Assembly: GCA_050309605.1 (NCBI GenBank)
Contig: JBNRMN010000033.1
Span: forward strand, 32,001-96,000
Direction of reading: 5' to 3'
Length of the DNA stretch: 64,000 nt
Source of the DNA: Anaerohalosphaeraceae bacterium
Lineage (GTDB): Bacteria > Planctomycetota > Phycisphaerae > Sedimentisphaerales > Anaerohalosphaeraceae
Positions 37,512-46,711 of this stretch are shown here, in pieces (position 1 is the first letter of the stretch; each line of letters starts with the position of its first letter). The notes beneath the pieces were generated by a model. It was not told where the DNA came from and did no database searches. It saw nothing but the letters and a program-made list of their open reading frames with translations. A program made the position numbers and the translations under genes.

Positions 37512-40082
37512 ATGAAAATCCCGACTGCAACCTACCGGCTTCAGTTTCACGCAGAGTTTACCTTTCGCGATGCGCGGGCGATCCTGGATTATCTGCATCG
37601 GCTGGGGATCAGTGATATGTACGCCTCGCCGATATTCCAGGCGGTCCAGGGCAGTACGCACGGGTATGATGTCGCCGATCCGAATCGGTTCAATCCCGAA
37701 CTGGGCGGTCGGGACGATTTTGACGCCCTCAGCCGCGAAAGACAGCGGTTCGGCCTGGGCTGGCTGCAGGACATCGTGCCCAACCATACGGCTTTTTCTC
37801 CGGAAAACGCCATGCTGATGGATGTCCTGGAGAAACGCGAAGACAGCGTCTTTTATCGTTTTTTTGATATTGACTGGGACGATCCCGATCCCTCATTGAA
37901 GGGCAAGGTCTTGATTCCGATTCTCGGCTCGCCTCTGGACGAGGTACTTGATGCCGGTGAGCTGACGCTGACGACTCAAGACGGCAGGCCGATGCTGTGT
38001 TACTATGATCATTGCTTTCCTTTGAACGCCGCCTCGGCTCGGCAATTTGACTCGATGAGCGATGCCGATCTGGCCCAGTACCCACAGGGCGCCGAGGGCA
38101 AGGCGCGGATGAAAGCGCTGCTGGATAAACAATATTATGTGATGGACTTTTGGAAAAACGCCAATGAACGCATCAACTATCGCCGTTTTTTTTACATTAA
38201 CGACTTGATTTCCATGCGCGTTGAGGATGAGGCGGTGATGGACGCGACGCATCGGCTCATCATCGAGCAGGTACGCCGCGGGCATTTTACCGGCCTGCGG
38301 ATAGATCATATCGACGGCCTGTACGATCCCGGCCACTATCTGGAGCGTCTTCGAGAGGCGTGTCCGGAGGCGTACATCGTTGCCGAAAAGATTCTCGAAC
38401 ACGATGAGCCGCTGTGCGAAAAATGGCCGATTGAGGGAACGACCGGCTATGACTTTGGGGCGCAGGTCAATGCGCTGTTCTGTAACCGGGACAATCGGTC
38501 GGCATTTTTGGAAGGTTACCAAACGTTTATCGGCCAAGACATCGACTACGAGCGGCTGCTGTATGACAATAAACGCCTGATTCTGAAAAAATATATGGCC
38601 GCCGACCTGCGCCGGCTGATGCGCTGTGTACGGCGGCTGCTGGATACAACGGCCGATGATGACCGGCTTGAAGCGGCGATGAGCGCTTTTGTCGCGTCCT
38701 TTCCGGTCTATCGCAGTTATTTTGACGGCAGGGAATTTGGCGCATTTGATCGGCGGTGCATCCGTCAGGCCATCCAAACGGCTGTGCGTTTTGAACCGAA
38801 ACTGACCCGACAAATCCAAACCCTGACGACGCTGCTGCCGCTGTCCGGCGAGGCATCGAAGCCCATCGACGCGGCGACGGCGGCTTTTGTCGGACGATTG
38901 CAGCAGTTGACCGGCCCGGTCATGGCCAAAGGCTTTGAAGATACGCTGCTGTACATTTTTTACCCGTTGGCCTCGCTGAATGAAGTCGGCGGCGCGCCGG
39001 TTATGTTCGGACTGAGCGAAGCGGAGTTTTACGGTTTTATTCAGAACCGTCAAACGCGCTGGCCGCATGCGATGAACGCCACCGCCACCCACGACACCAA
39101 ACGCGGCGAGGATGTTCGCGCCCGGCTGAACGTGCTGTCCGAAATGCCGGATGCGTGGTTTGAGAAGGTCAATCAGTGGAGCCGAATCAATGAACACTGC
39201 AAAACCAGACACGAAGGACAGCTTATCCCCGACCGCAACGATGAATATCTGATCTATCAAACGCTGCTGGGCGCAAAGCCGTTTGAGGAGGGGCTTTCAG
39301 CGGCATTTCTGGAGCGTGTCAAGGCCTATACGGTCAAGGCACTGCGTGAAAGCCAGCGGCATACGACCTGGGTCGAGCCGAACGAGGCGTACGAACAGGC
39401 TGCGACCGCGTTTATCGACCGAATTGCTGCCGAGAATACGGATTTTATCGCATCGTTTGAGCCGTTCTGTAAGCGGATTGCCGAGTATGGCATCATCAAT
39501 TCTCTTTCGCAGACGCTGCTGAAGATGACCGCGCCGGGCGTGTGCGACTTTTATCAGGGCAGCGAATTATGGGAACTGAGTCTGGTCGATCCGGACAATC
39601 GCCGACCGGTCGATTATGCGCAGCGCAGTGCAATGCTCGATACCCTCATCCGCGACAGCCGACACAGCCGCACGGCACTGCTCAACAACCTGATTGAGAC
39701 GCGCACCCGGGGCGGGATTAAAATGTTTTTAATCCATACGATTCTTCAACAGCGAAAAGCATTTCCGGAATTGTTTTTGCAGGGCGCGTTTGTGCCGCTG
39801 CAAATTCAGGGGCGCCGCCGTCAGCACATACTGGCGTTTGCCCGCTGTTTTGCGGATCGCTGCGCTGTGACCGTTGTGCCGCGGTTTGTCAGCACACTGG
39901 CCGAGCCGGACGTACTACCTTTGGGGGACGCCGTCTGGGGCGATACGCGCATTTGTCTGCCGAACGATTTCCCGACCCGATGGAACAACCCCGTGACCGA
40001 CGAATCGGTTGCCGCCAAAGACAGCCTTTCGGTCGGACAAATCCTGAATACGTTTCCGGTGGCGTTTTTAACAGCGTCATAA
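37512..40082 (+). CDS. treY: Malto-oligosyltrehalose synthase
   Basis: PTATYRLQ, GSTHGYDV, DIVPNH, INYRRFF, GLRIDHIDGL, THDTKRGED, SLVDPDNRRPVD. Confidence 0.95.
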   Translation: MKIPTATYRLQFHAEFTFRDARAILDYLHRLGISDMYASPIFQAVQGSTHGYDVADPNRFNPELGGRDDFDALSRERQRFGLGWLQDIVPNHTAFSPENAMLMDVLEKREDSVFYRFFDIDWDDPDPSLKGKVLIPILGSPLDEVLDAGELTLTTQDGRPMLCYYDHCFPLNAASARQFDSMSDADLAQYPQGAEGKARMKALLDKQYYVMDFWKNANERINYRRFFYINDLISMRVEDEAVMDATHRLIIEQVRRGHFTGLRIDHIDGLYDPGHYLERLREACPEAYIVAEKILEHDEPLCEKWPIEGTTGYDFGAQVNALFCNRDNRSAFLEGYQTFIGQDIDYERLLYDNKRLILKKYMAADLRRLMRCVRRLLDTTADDDRLEAAMSAFVASFPVYRSYFDGREFGAFDRRCIRQAIQTAVRFEPKLTRQIQTLTTLLPLSGEASKPIDAATAAFVGRLQQLTGPVMAKGFEDTLLYIFYPLASLNEVGGAPVMFGLSEAEFYGFIQNRQTRWPHAMNATATHDTKRGEDVRARLNVLSEMPDAWFEKVNQWSRINEHCKTRHEGQLIPDRNDEYLIYQTLLGAKPFEEGLSAAFLERVKAYTVKALRESQRHTTWVEPNEAYEQAATAFIDRIAAENTDFIASFEPFCKRIAEYGIINSLSQTLLKMTAPGVCDFYQGSELWELSLVDPDNRRPVDYAQRSAMLDTLIRDSRHSRTALLNNLIETRTRGGIKMFLIHTILQQRKAFPELFLQGAFVPLQIQGRRRQHILAFARCFADRCAVTVVPRFVSTLAEPDVLPLGDAVWGDTRICLPNDFPTRWNNPVTDESVAAKDSLSVGQILNTFPVAFLTAS

Positions 40083-40083
40083 G

Positions 40084-40116
40084 AAAAATGGGACAGGTCG
40101 ATTCAACCTGTCCCAT
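40084..40116. terminator. Intrinsic terminator between convergent treY and leuB
   Basis: 11-bp stem ATGGGACAGGT / ACCTGTCCCAT, with an A-run on the left giving a U-tail for the minus strand. Confidence 0.7.
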
Positions 40117-40155
40117 GATTTGAAGAGTTGTTTTTCTGACTTCCGGTTGGTGTTG

Positions 40156-41241
40156 TTATTCGGCAACTTTTTGGGCGACCAGATCGCCGACTTCGCTGGT
40201 GGTGTAGCCCATTTTTCCGGCGGCCAGGGATTTGAGTTTGTTGCCGGTGACCCAGCGGACGGCCTGTTCGACCGCATCGGCCGCGGCGTCTTGGCCGAGT
40301 GTCTGGAGCATCATCGCCATCGCGCAGACGGCCGCCAGCGGATTGATCACGCCCATGCCGGTGTACTTGGGGGCGCTGCCGCCGATGGGTTCAAACATCG
40401 AGACGCCTTCCGGATTGATGTTGCCGCCGGCGGCGATGCCCATGCCGCCCTGGGTGATCGCGCCCAGGTCGGTGATGATGTCGCCGAACATATTGCCGGT
40501 GACCAGCACGTCGAACCATTCCGGGCTTTTGACCATCCACATACACGTCGCATCGACGTGGTAATAATCGCGTCGGATGTCGGGGTAATCTTTTTCGCCC
40601 ATCTCGTGAAAGGCGCGCTCCCACAGGTCATAGATATAGGTCAGCACGTTGGTTTTGCCGACCAGGCCGAGGGTGTTTTCTTTGCCCACGCCGCGGGCCT
40701 TCTTGCCGTATTTTCGGGTGTATTCGAAGGCGTACTTCAGACAGCGATCCACCTGGAAGCGGTTATAGACGGCGCTTTGCACCGCCACTTCCTGCGGCGT
40801 GCCCTTCATCGTAAAGCCGCCCGCCCCGCAGTAGGCGTCGCCGGTGTTTTCACGCACCACGACATAATCAATCTCGGCCGGGCCTTTGTCCTTCAGCGGC
40901 GTTTCCACGCCGGGAAACAGCCGCACCGGACGCAGGTTGATGTATTGATCCATCTCAAACCGCATCCGCAGCAACAGCCCTTTTTCGAGGATGCCGGGTT
41001 TGACGTCGGGATGGCCGATCGCGCCGAGCAAAATCGCGTCGTGCTGTTTGAGATCCTCGACCGCACCGTCCGGCAAAATCTCGCCGGTGCGTTTGTACCG
41101 CTCGCCGCCAAAGTCAAAGTCGGTCTTTTCGACCTTAAACCCGAACTTGGCCGCCACCGCATCCATTACTTTTACTGCTTCAACAGTTACTTCCGGCCCC
41201 GTGCCGTCGCCGCCGATAATCGCAATCTTATACGTCTTCAT
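40156..41241 (-). CDS. leuB: 3-isopropylmalate dehydrogenase
   Basis: GDGTGPEV, NLRP, VRENT, NMFGDIITD, EPIGGSAP; lies in an operon with leuA, leuC and leuD. Confidence 0.93.
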   Translation of the reverse strand: MKTYKIAIIGGDGTGPEVTVEAVKVMDAVAAKFGFKVEKTDFDFGGERYKRTGEILPDGAVEDLKQHDAILLGAIGHPDVKPGILEKGLLLRMRFEMDQYINLRPVRLFPGVETPLKDKGPAEIDYVVVRENTGDAYCGAGGFTMKGTPQEVAVQSAVYNRFQVDRCLKYAFEYTRKYGKKARGVGKENTLGLVGKTNVLTYIYDLWERAFHEMGEKDYPDIRRDYYHVDATCMWMVKSPEWFDVLVTGNMFGDIITDLGAITQGGMGIAAGGNINPEGVSMFEPIGGSAPKYTGMGVINPLAAVCAMAMMLQTLGQDAAADAVEQAVRWVTGNKLKSLAAGKMGYTTSEVGDLVAQKVAE

Positions 41242-41284
41242 TACTTTGCTATCCTTTCATAAGTGGTTGTTTCAATATTTTCTT

Positions 41285-41304
41285 AAGTAAAAAGGTAAAA
41301 TTAC
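41285..41304. repeat. Downstream IR arm of four-helix-bundle cassette 1
   Basis: AAGTAAAAAGGTAAAATTAC versus upstream arm AGGGAAAAGGGCAAAATGAC (minus strand, 41668-41687): 15/20. Confidence 0.55.
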
Positions 41305-41672
41305 CGCTTTCCTTTGCATCTCAGGTTACTCGAAGCCAGTATTTTTGAAATTTCATCCAATTCGCTCAAAAACCATGCGGTTTTTTGCGGCGTTGAGCGC
41401 TTACTGTCGCGCAGCAGAGCCATCCACATTTTGCTTTCGTTGGCGGATTTGAGCGAAATTGACGAAAAATTTGTAAATTCTTTTTTGCTGCTTGCAGACT
41501 GCCCTTCGACATAATTGGCCAGAATGCTGCTGCCGCTTCGAAAAAGCTGGTCGCTGATGCGTCTGGAAATACTGTCATCGGGAAGCCCATCAAGAAACTC
41601 AATCAATTTCAAAATAAAACGGTAAAGTCGTTTCTTGAGGGCAGCAACAAACTTTTCCTTTTCACCTGTCAT
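41301..41672 (-). CDS. Four-helix-bundle protein (TIGR02436; 23S rRNA IVP/Avd-like), copy 1
   Basis: QLFRSGSSILANYVEG...SSKKEF...SLKSANESKMW..LL...E..EI.KIL. Start MTGEKEK at 41672; AT-rich. Confidence 0.9.
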   Translation of the reverse strand: MTGEKEKFVAALKKRLYRFILKLIEFLDGLPDDSISRRISDQLFRSGSSILANYVEGQSASSKKEFTNFSSISLKSANESKMWMALLRDSKRSTPQKTAWFLSELDEISKILASSNLRCKGKR

Positions 41673-41688
41673 TTTGCCCTTTTCCCTT

Positions 41689-42171
41689 TTACTTTTGCCT
41701 TTTGATATGTTCCAGCAGTCCGTCGTCGTTGACGATTTCGAGGGCAAAGTCCGGCAGCGGGGTAAAGGCGATGGTCGTCCCCTGCGTCTTGTTGGCAATC
41801 GTGCCGCCTTTGTAGTCGATTTCCAGCTCGTCACCGTCGTTGATCTTGTCCAGTGCCCCGTGCAGCTCGATGGGGTAAAAGCCGCAGTTGATGCAGTTGC
41901 GGTAAAAGATGCGGGCAAACGACTGGGCGATGACGGCGCCGACCTGTGCGCCCTGAATCGCCCAGACGGCGTGCTCGCGGCTGGAGCCGCAGCCGAAATC
42001 ATCCCCGCAGACAATCACATCGCCGGGCTGAACCTTCTTGACAAACCCGGTATCCAGGTCTTCCATACAGTGCTTTGCCAGCTCGGCCGCATCGTCCGAA
42101 TTCAAATACCGCGCCGGGATGATCTCGTCCGTATTGACGTGATCCCGCTTGTACACATGTGCTTTTGCCAT
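41689..42171 (-). CDS. leuD: 3-isopropylmalate dehydratase small subunit
   Basis: VNTDEIIPARYL, FGCGSSREHA, SFARIFYRN. Confidence 0.95.
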   Translation of the reverse strand: MAKAHVYKRDHVNTDEIIPARYLNSDDAAELAKHCMEDLDTGFVKKVQPGDVIVCGDDFGCGSSREHAVWAIQGAQVGAVIAQSFARIFYRNCINCGFYPIELHGALDKINDGDELEIDYKGGTIANKTQGTTIAFTPLPDFALEIVNDDGLLEHIKRQK

Positions 42172-42191
42172 AAAATCTCCGATTTTTTATG

Positions 42192-42236
42192 AAATTCGAA
42201 TCTCGAATTTCGAAATACGAAACAAATTCAAATTTC
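42192..42236. repeat. Downstream IR arm of four-helix-bundle cassette 2
   Basis: AAATTCGAATCTCGAATTTCGAAATACGAAACAAATTC; 37/45 identical to the reverse complement of 42617-42661. Confidence 0.85.
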
Positions 42237-42258
42237 AAAGTATTCCAATTTTCGAAAC

Positions 42259-42621
42259 TTATTCACTCTTTCGAAGGATTGCTCCGAAAATATTCATCAG
42301 CTCCGTTGCCTCTGTTATCAATAAACTACATTCGTGAATCGCCGCATCATCAACAATATGTAACAATCTGAGCCAGTACCTGGACTCCTTGGCCTCTTTC
42401 CGGCAGATTTTAATTCGCATCAGAAAATCTTTCTTGCTCAACGCCTCATTGGCCTCAATGTAATTGGCTCCGACCGAACCTGAAGCTCGGACCAACTGCT
42501 TAATGTCTTCGATATTTGCGATATCTTTGGCAATAGTCCTGACAAAATCTCGAACTCTTTTGGCAAACTGATAAGTCCGTTCTTCCAAGTCATAGTGTTT
42601 TGTTTTTTTGTATTCGGACAT
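42259..42621 (-). CDS. Four-helix-bundle protein (TIGR02436), copy 2
   Basis: YDLEERT..FAK, QLVRASGSVGANYIEA, SKKDF, CRKEAKESRYWL, EATELMNIF. Confidence 0.93.
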   Translation of the reverse strand: MSEYKKTKHYDLEERTYQFAKRVRDFVRTIAKDIANIEDIKQLVRASGSVGANYIEANEALSKKDFLMRIKICRKEAKESRYWLRLLHIVDDAAIHECSLLITEATELMNIFGAILRKSE

Positions 42622-42661
42622 TAGAATTTGTTTCGGATTTCGAGATTCGGATTTCGAGTTT
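42617..42661. repeat. Upstream IR arm of four-helix-bundle cassette 2 (7-nt units)
   Basis: Minus strand reads AAACTCG AAATCCG AATCTCG AAATCCG AAACAAATTCTAATG, which includes the start codon. Confidence 0.85.
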
Positions 42662-42663
42662 AT

Positions 42664-43926
42664 CTATAGGTAGTTTCTGCAGTCGGCCAGTTTGCCTTCG
42701 ACGGCTGACGCCGCGGCTGTGGCGGGGTTGGCCAGATAGACTTCCGATTTCGGGCTTCCCATGCGTCCGACGAAGTTGCGGTTGGTCGTGCTGATGCACT
42801 TTTCGCCGGCGGCCAGGATGCCCATAAAACCGCCCAGGCACGCCCCGCAGGTCGGCGCACTGATGACGCAGCCGGCGTCATAGAAAATCTCGGCCAGCCC
42901 TTCATCGACCATCTGTTTCCAGACAACCGGTGTGGCCGGCACAACAATCGTGCGAATCGCGACCTGTTTGCCCTTCAAAATCGATGCGGCCACCCGCAGA
43001 TCCTCGATTCGTCCGTTGGTGCAGCTTCCGATATAGCACTGATCCATCGCCAATCCCGCACACAGACTGATCGGCTGGCCGTTGCTGGGCAGATGCGGCA
43101 GCGCGACCATCGGTTCCAGCGCCGAACAGTCAATCGTGTCTTTGTGTACATACTCGGCGTCGGTGTCGGACTCAAAGACGGTATATTCGCTTTTGTCCTT
43201 GAGCCGTCCGTCCAGATAGGCCCGGGTCGTGTCATCGACGCCGATGATGCCGTTTTTGCCGCCGGCCTCAATGGCCATATTCGTGATGGTCATCCGCGCT
43301 TCCATCGACATTTCCTTCAGCGCCGGACCGACGAACTCCATCGCCTTGTACAGCGCCCCGTCGGTGCCGATTCGCCGAATAACCTCCAGCATCACATCCT
43401 TGCTGTACACGCCCGTCGGCAGCGAGCCGGTCAGTGTAAACTTCATCGAGGCCGGGACCTTGAACCACAAAATCCCCGTCGCAATCGCCGCGGCCAGATC
43501 CGTCGAGCCGATGCCCGTCGAGAACGCCCCGAACGCCCCATACGTACAGGTGTGGCTGTCGCCGCCGACGATGACCTCGCCGGGGCGGATGTGTCCCTGT
43601 TCGGGCAGCAGGGCGTGGCAGACGCCGGCGCGGCCGAGCTTGTAATAATGGGTGATCTTTTTTTCTTTGGCCCAGGTATCCAGCCGCTTGTGCAGCTCGG
43701 CGCTTTTGATGTCCTTGGGCGGCTGAAAATGATCCGGAGTGACGACAATTTTGTCCCGGTCGAACACCCTGTCGATGCCGTGCGCTTTGAGCATCGAAAT
43801 CGCCGGCGGCGTCGTTACGTCGTGGCACATCACCAGATCAATCTTTGCATTGACCAGATCGCCTGCCTGAACCGACGGCTTGCCCGCCGCCCGGGCGAAA
43901 ATCTTTTCCGTTATTGTCATTGCCAT
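42664..43926 (-). CDS. leuC: 3-isopropylmalate dehydratase large subunit (short, homoaconitase-like type)
   Basis: [42 protein letters not shown]. Confidence 0.95.
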   Translation of the reverse strand: MAMTITEKIFARAAGKPSVQAGDLVNAKIDLVMCHDVTTPPAISMLKAHGIDRVFDRDKIVVTPDHFQPPKDIKSAELHKRLDTWAKEKKITHYYKLGRAGVCHALLPEQGHIRPGEVIVGGDSHTCTYGAFGAFSTGIGSTDLAAAIATGILWFKVPASMKFTLTGSLPTGVYSKDVMLEVIRRIGTDGALYKAMEFVGPALKEMSMEARMTITNMAIEAGGKNGIIGVDDTTRAYLDGRLKDKSEYTVFESDTDAEYVHKDTIDCSALEPMVALPHLPSNGQPISLCAGLAMDQCYIGSCTNGRIEDLRVAASILKGKQVAIRTIVVPATPVVWKQMVDEGLAEIFYDAGCVISAPTCGACLGGFMGILAAGEKCISTTNRNFVGRMGSPKSEVYLANPATAAASAVEGKLADCRNYL

Positions 43927-43930
43927 AAGA

Positions 43931-43980
43931 AAATCCTAAATTCTAAGCACTAAATATTAAACAAATTCAAAAAACAAAAA
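43931..43980. repeat. Downstream IR arm of four-helix-bundle cassette 3
   Basis: AAATCCT AAATTCT AAGCACT AAATATT AAACAAATTC; 39/50 identical to the reverse complement of 44360-44409. Confidence 0.85.
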
Positions 43981-43998
43981 TTCAAAACATAAAAACAA

Positions 43999-44358
43999 TT
44001 ATTGACTGTTGCGGAGCATGGCCGCAAAAATATAGACCAATTCTTCCGATTCTTTTTTCAACGCCGCTTGCCTTTGTTCCAACGACTCATTTGAAGTCTC
44101 CAAAAGCTCCAGCCAATACGCACTTTCTTTAGCTTCTTTTTTACATATCTTAACACGCATCATAAAATCTTTTTTGCTCAACGCATTGTTAGCCTCAATA
44201 TAATTGGCGCCCACCGACCCGCTGGAACGAACAAGCTGTTTGATATCATCATAAGCCGCAAAATCTTTCGGAAACCCGTGTACAAACTCCCGAACAGCCT
44301 TTGCAAATTTCAAAGTCCGCTCTTCAAGGTCATACGTTTTCGAGTTTTCTGCTTTCAA
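43999..44358 (-). CDS. Four-helix-bundle protein (TIGR02436), copy 3
   Basis: YDLEERT..FAK, QLVRSSGSVGANYIEA, SKKDF, CKKEAKESAYWL; TTG start. Confidence 0.92.
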   Translation of the reverse strand: MKAENSKTYDLEERTLKFAKAVREFVHGFPKDFAAYDDIKQLVRSSGSVGANYIEANNALSKKDFMMRVKICKKEAKESAYWLELLETSNESLEQRQAALKKESEELVYIFAAMLRNSQ

Positions 44359-44359
44359 C

Positions 44360-44409
44360 TTTTTCTTTTCTAAATTTGTTTAGAATTTAATGCTTATGAT
44401 TTAGTGCTT
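44360..44409. repeat. Upstream IR arm of four-helix-bundle cassette 3
   Basis: Minus strand reads AAGCACT AAATCAT AAGCATT AAATTCT AAACAAATTT. Confidence 0.85.
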
Positions 44410-44415
44410 CCTCCG

Positions 44416-45969
44416 CTACAGCGGCGCTTTTTCGCTGTGATTGGTCCCGACACACGCCGCGATGCGGTTGATGGCATCCAGGTAGGCCTTTGCGCTGGCT
44501 TCGACGATGTCGGTCGAAGCGCCGCGTCCGATATAGGTGCGTCCGTTGGCGTCTTTAATCCGCACGGTCGCTTCGCCCATGGCCTCTTTGCCGCCGGTGA
44601 TTGCGCGCATGGAGTAGTTCTCCAGTTCCGGTTTTTGGCCTGTCGCCAGACGAATCGCCTCATAAGCCGCATCCACCGGGCCGTCGCCGCAGGCCGCGGC
44701 CTGATGCACTTTACCGTCTTCGGTACGAATGCGCACTGTGCCGGTCGGAATCGTTCCCGTGCCGCTGGTGACGTTCAGATACTCCAGCACATATGTCTGC
44801 TCCACGGTGCGCACTTCGTCGTTGATGATCGCGGCGATGTCCTCGTCGAAAATCTCTTTCTTCTTGTCGGCGATCTCAAGAAATTTTTCGTAGGCCGTCT
44901 GGATTTCCGCTTCGCTGAGGTTGTACCCCAACTGTCGGCAGCGGTCGATAAAGCCGTGCCGCCCGGAATGCCGCCCCAGCACCATCCGTGAGCCGCTCAG
45001 GCCGATCATCTCCGGCGTCATAATTTCATACGTCTCGCGGTGTTTGAGGATGCCGTCCACGTGAATGCCCGATTCATGGGCAAAGGCGTTCTTGCCGACG
45101 ATGGCTTTGTTCGGCTGAATCACAAAGCCGGTCAACTGCGAGACGAGCTGACTGGTGCGGAAGATTTCCTGTGTCTTGATATTGGTCGTTACGTTGCCCT
45201 CAAAGAAATCATGGCGCGTATGAATCGCCATAACGACCTCTTCCATTGCCGCGTTGCCGGCCCGTTCACCGATACCGTTGATGGTGCACTCAATTTGACG
45301 GGCGCCGTTTCGCACGCCGGCCAGCGAGTTGGCGGTTGCCACCCCCAAATCATTATGACAATGCGTGCTGAGGACAGCCTTTTCGATGCCTTTGACGTTT
45401 TTTCTGAGATTGGCGATGATCTGCCCGTACTCATACGGCATAATATAGCCGACCGTGTCGGGAATATTCAGCGTTGTGGCCCCGGCCTCGATGACCGCCG
45501 ACAGGATTTCATACAAAAAGCTCATCTCACTGCGGCAGGCGTCCTCGGGCGAAAATTCCACATCATCGGTGTATTGCCGTGCCATCTGAATCGCCTCAAC
45601 CGCCATCTTCAGCACTTGGTCGGGGGCCTTTCGGAGCTTGTGCTTCATGTGGATGGGGCTTGTCGCAATAAATGTATGGATGCGTCGTTTGGCCGCCGAG
45701 GCCAGGGCCTTGCCCGCTGCGTCGATGTCTTTCTGGTTGGCTCGCGCCAGTCCGCAGATCACCGGTCCGTCCACCTGTTCGGCGCACAGCCGCGTCGCCT
45801 CAAACTGGGCCGGCGAGGAGACGGGAAATCCCGCCTCAATCACATCTACGCCCATTTTTGCCAATTGATGGGCGATTTCAATTTTTTCGCTGATTGACAA
45901 GGCCGCACCGGGCGACTGCTCGCCGTCCCGAAGCGTCGTATCAAAAATAATCACCTTTTCCGCTGACAT
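44416..45969 (-). CDS. leuA: 2-isopropylmalate synthase
   Basis: IFDTTLRDGEQSPG, IEAGFP, PDTVG, HCHNDLG, GIGERAGNA, HESGIH, and regulatory domain GPVDA. Alternative start at 45975. Confidence 0.96.
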   Translation of the reverse strand: MSAEKVIIFDTTLRDGEQSPGAALSISEKIEIAHQLAKMGVDVIEAGFPVSSPAQFEATRLCAEQVDGPVICGLARANQKDIDAAGKALASAAKRRIHTFIATSPIHMKHKLRKAPDQVLKMAVEAIQMARQYTDDVEFSPEDACRSEMSFLYEILSAVIEAGATTLNIPDTVGYIMPYEYGQIIANLRKNVKGIEKAVLSTHCHNDLGVATANSLAGVRNGARQIECTINGIGERAGNAAMEEVVMAIHTRHDFFEGNVTTNIKTQEIFRTSQLVSQLTGFVIQPNKAIVGKNAFAHESGIHVDGILKHRETYEIMTPEMIGLSGSRMVLGRHSGRHGFIDRCRQLGYNLSEAEIQTAYEKFLEIADKKKEIFDEDIAAIINDEVRTVEQTYVLEYLNVTSGTGTIPTGTVRIRTEDGKVHQAAACGDGPVDAAYEAIRLATGQKPELENYSMRAITGGKEAMGEATVRIKDANGRTYIGRGASTDIVEASAKAYLDAINRIAACVGTNHSEKAPL

Positions 45970-46711
45970 AGTCATTCTCCGATCATTTCAAAAGAAGCGG
46001 CTATTATGCACCAAATAGGCGCATATTTCCACTGGAAACTGAAAAAACGAGGGGGTCTGTGAGGTTATTTTGGGGAATTTATGCGCCGCAGGGGCGCAGA
46101 ATAATCCGACCGACCAAGTCGGTTTTTAGAGATGCACAAACTGTACGACCCTGCTTCATACCTCATAATCTATCGATAACTCCCCTCCATTGCAAGCAAA
46201 AAACGTTTTTTTTACGGCCGAGGTATGATACAACAGCTCGAATTGAGGCCTTGAAATGCCCTGCAAAAAAGCCATAATATCGGCATACTGCATTGTCATT
46301 CAATCTGCCTCTGTTCTTCTAAAAACAGGTAAACGGATTTCCCGACACACCGCCGAACACTTCCTGATGGGATACTTTCTTATCATTCGAAAACCGGGTT
46401 CGCCCAAGATGATTTCCAAAAGGGGTAAACCGGGTGAATTAGGCATTGGGGAGAATTTCAAAATTTTTTCGTAAATTTTGAAAATTTTAATTTTTCTCTT
46501 TGGCTGTATGGCGGGGTTTTTATTGGACGTAAGTCTGGTTTGCCGCGACGACTTCCTTTATGTAGTGTTTAAGCTTGTTGTGATTCATACATCTTGTAGC
46601 AAGCTCCGATTTTGCCGATAAAATCCGCGATTCAAGATTTTTGCGTCGGCTATCCGATATGCTTAGCGTTAACAAGGATGTGAAACGAACGCCGACAGGA
46701 GTTATCGTGGT

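Noticed and set aside
41301..42014. 237-aa version of four-helix-bundle copy 1, or a programmed LeuD fusion
   Set aside because: The extension is an alternative frame of leuD with no protein-like features. Family similarity starts at M41672, and frameshifting is unsupported.
41285..44409. Diversity-generating retroelement or 23S rRNA intervening sequence
   Set aside because: No reverse transcriptase, TR/VR pair or rRNA gene in the window; only the Avd/IVP-like proteins are present.
46600..46665. Sigma28-type promoter (GCCGATAA) upstream of the 49-aa gene
   Set aside because: The -10-like element is present, but there is no -35 element at the expected spacing.
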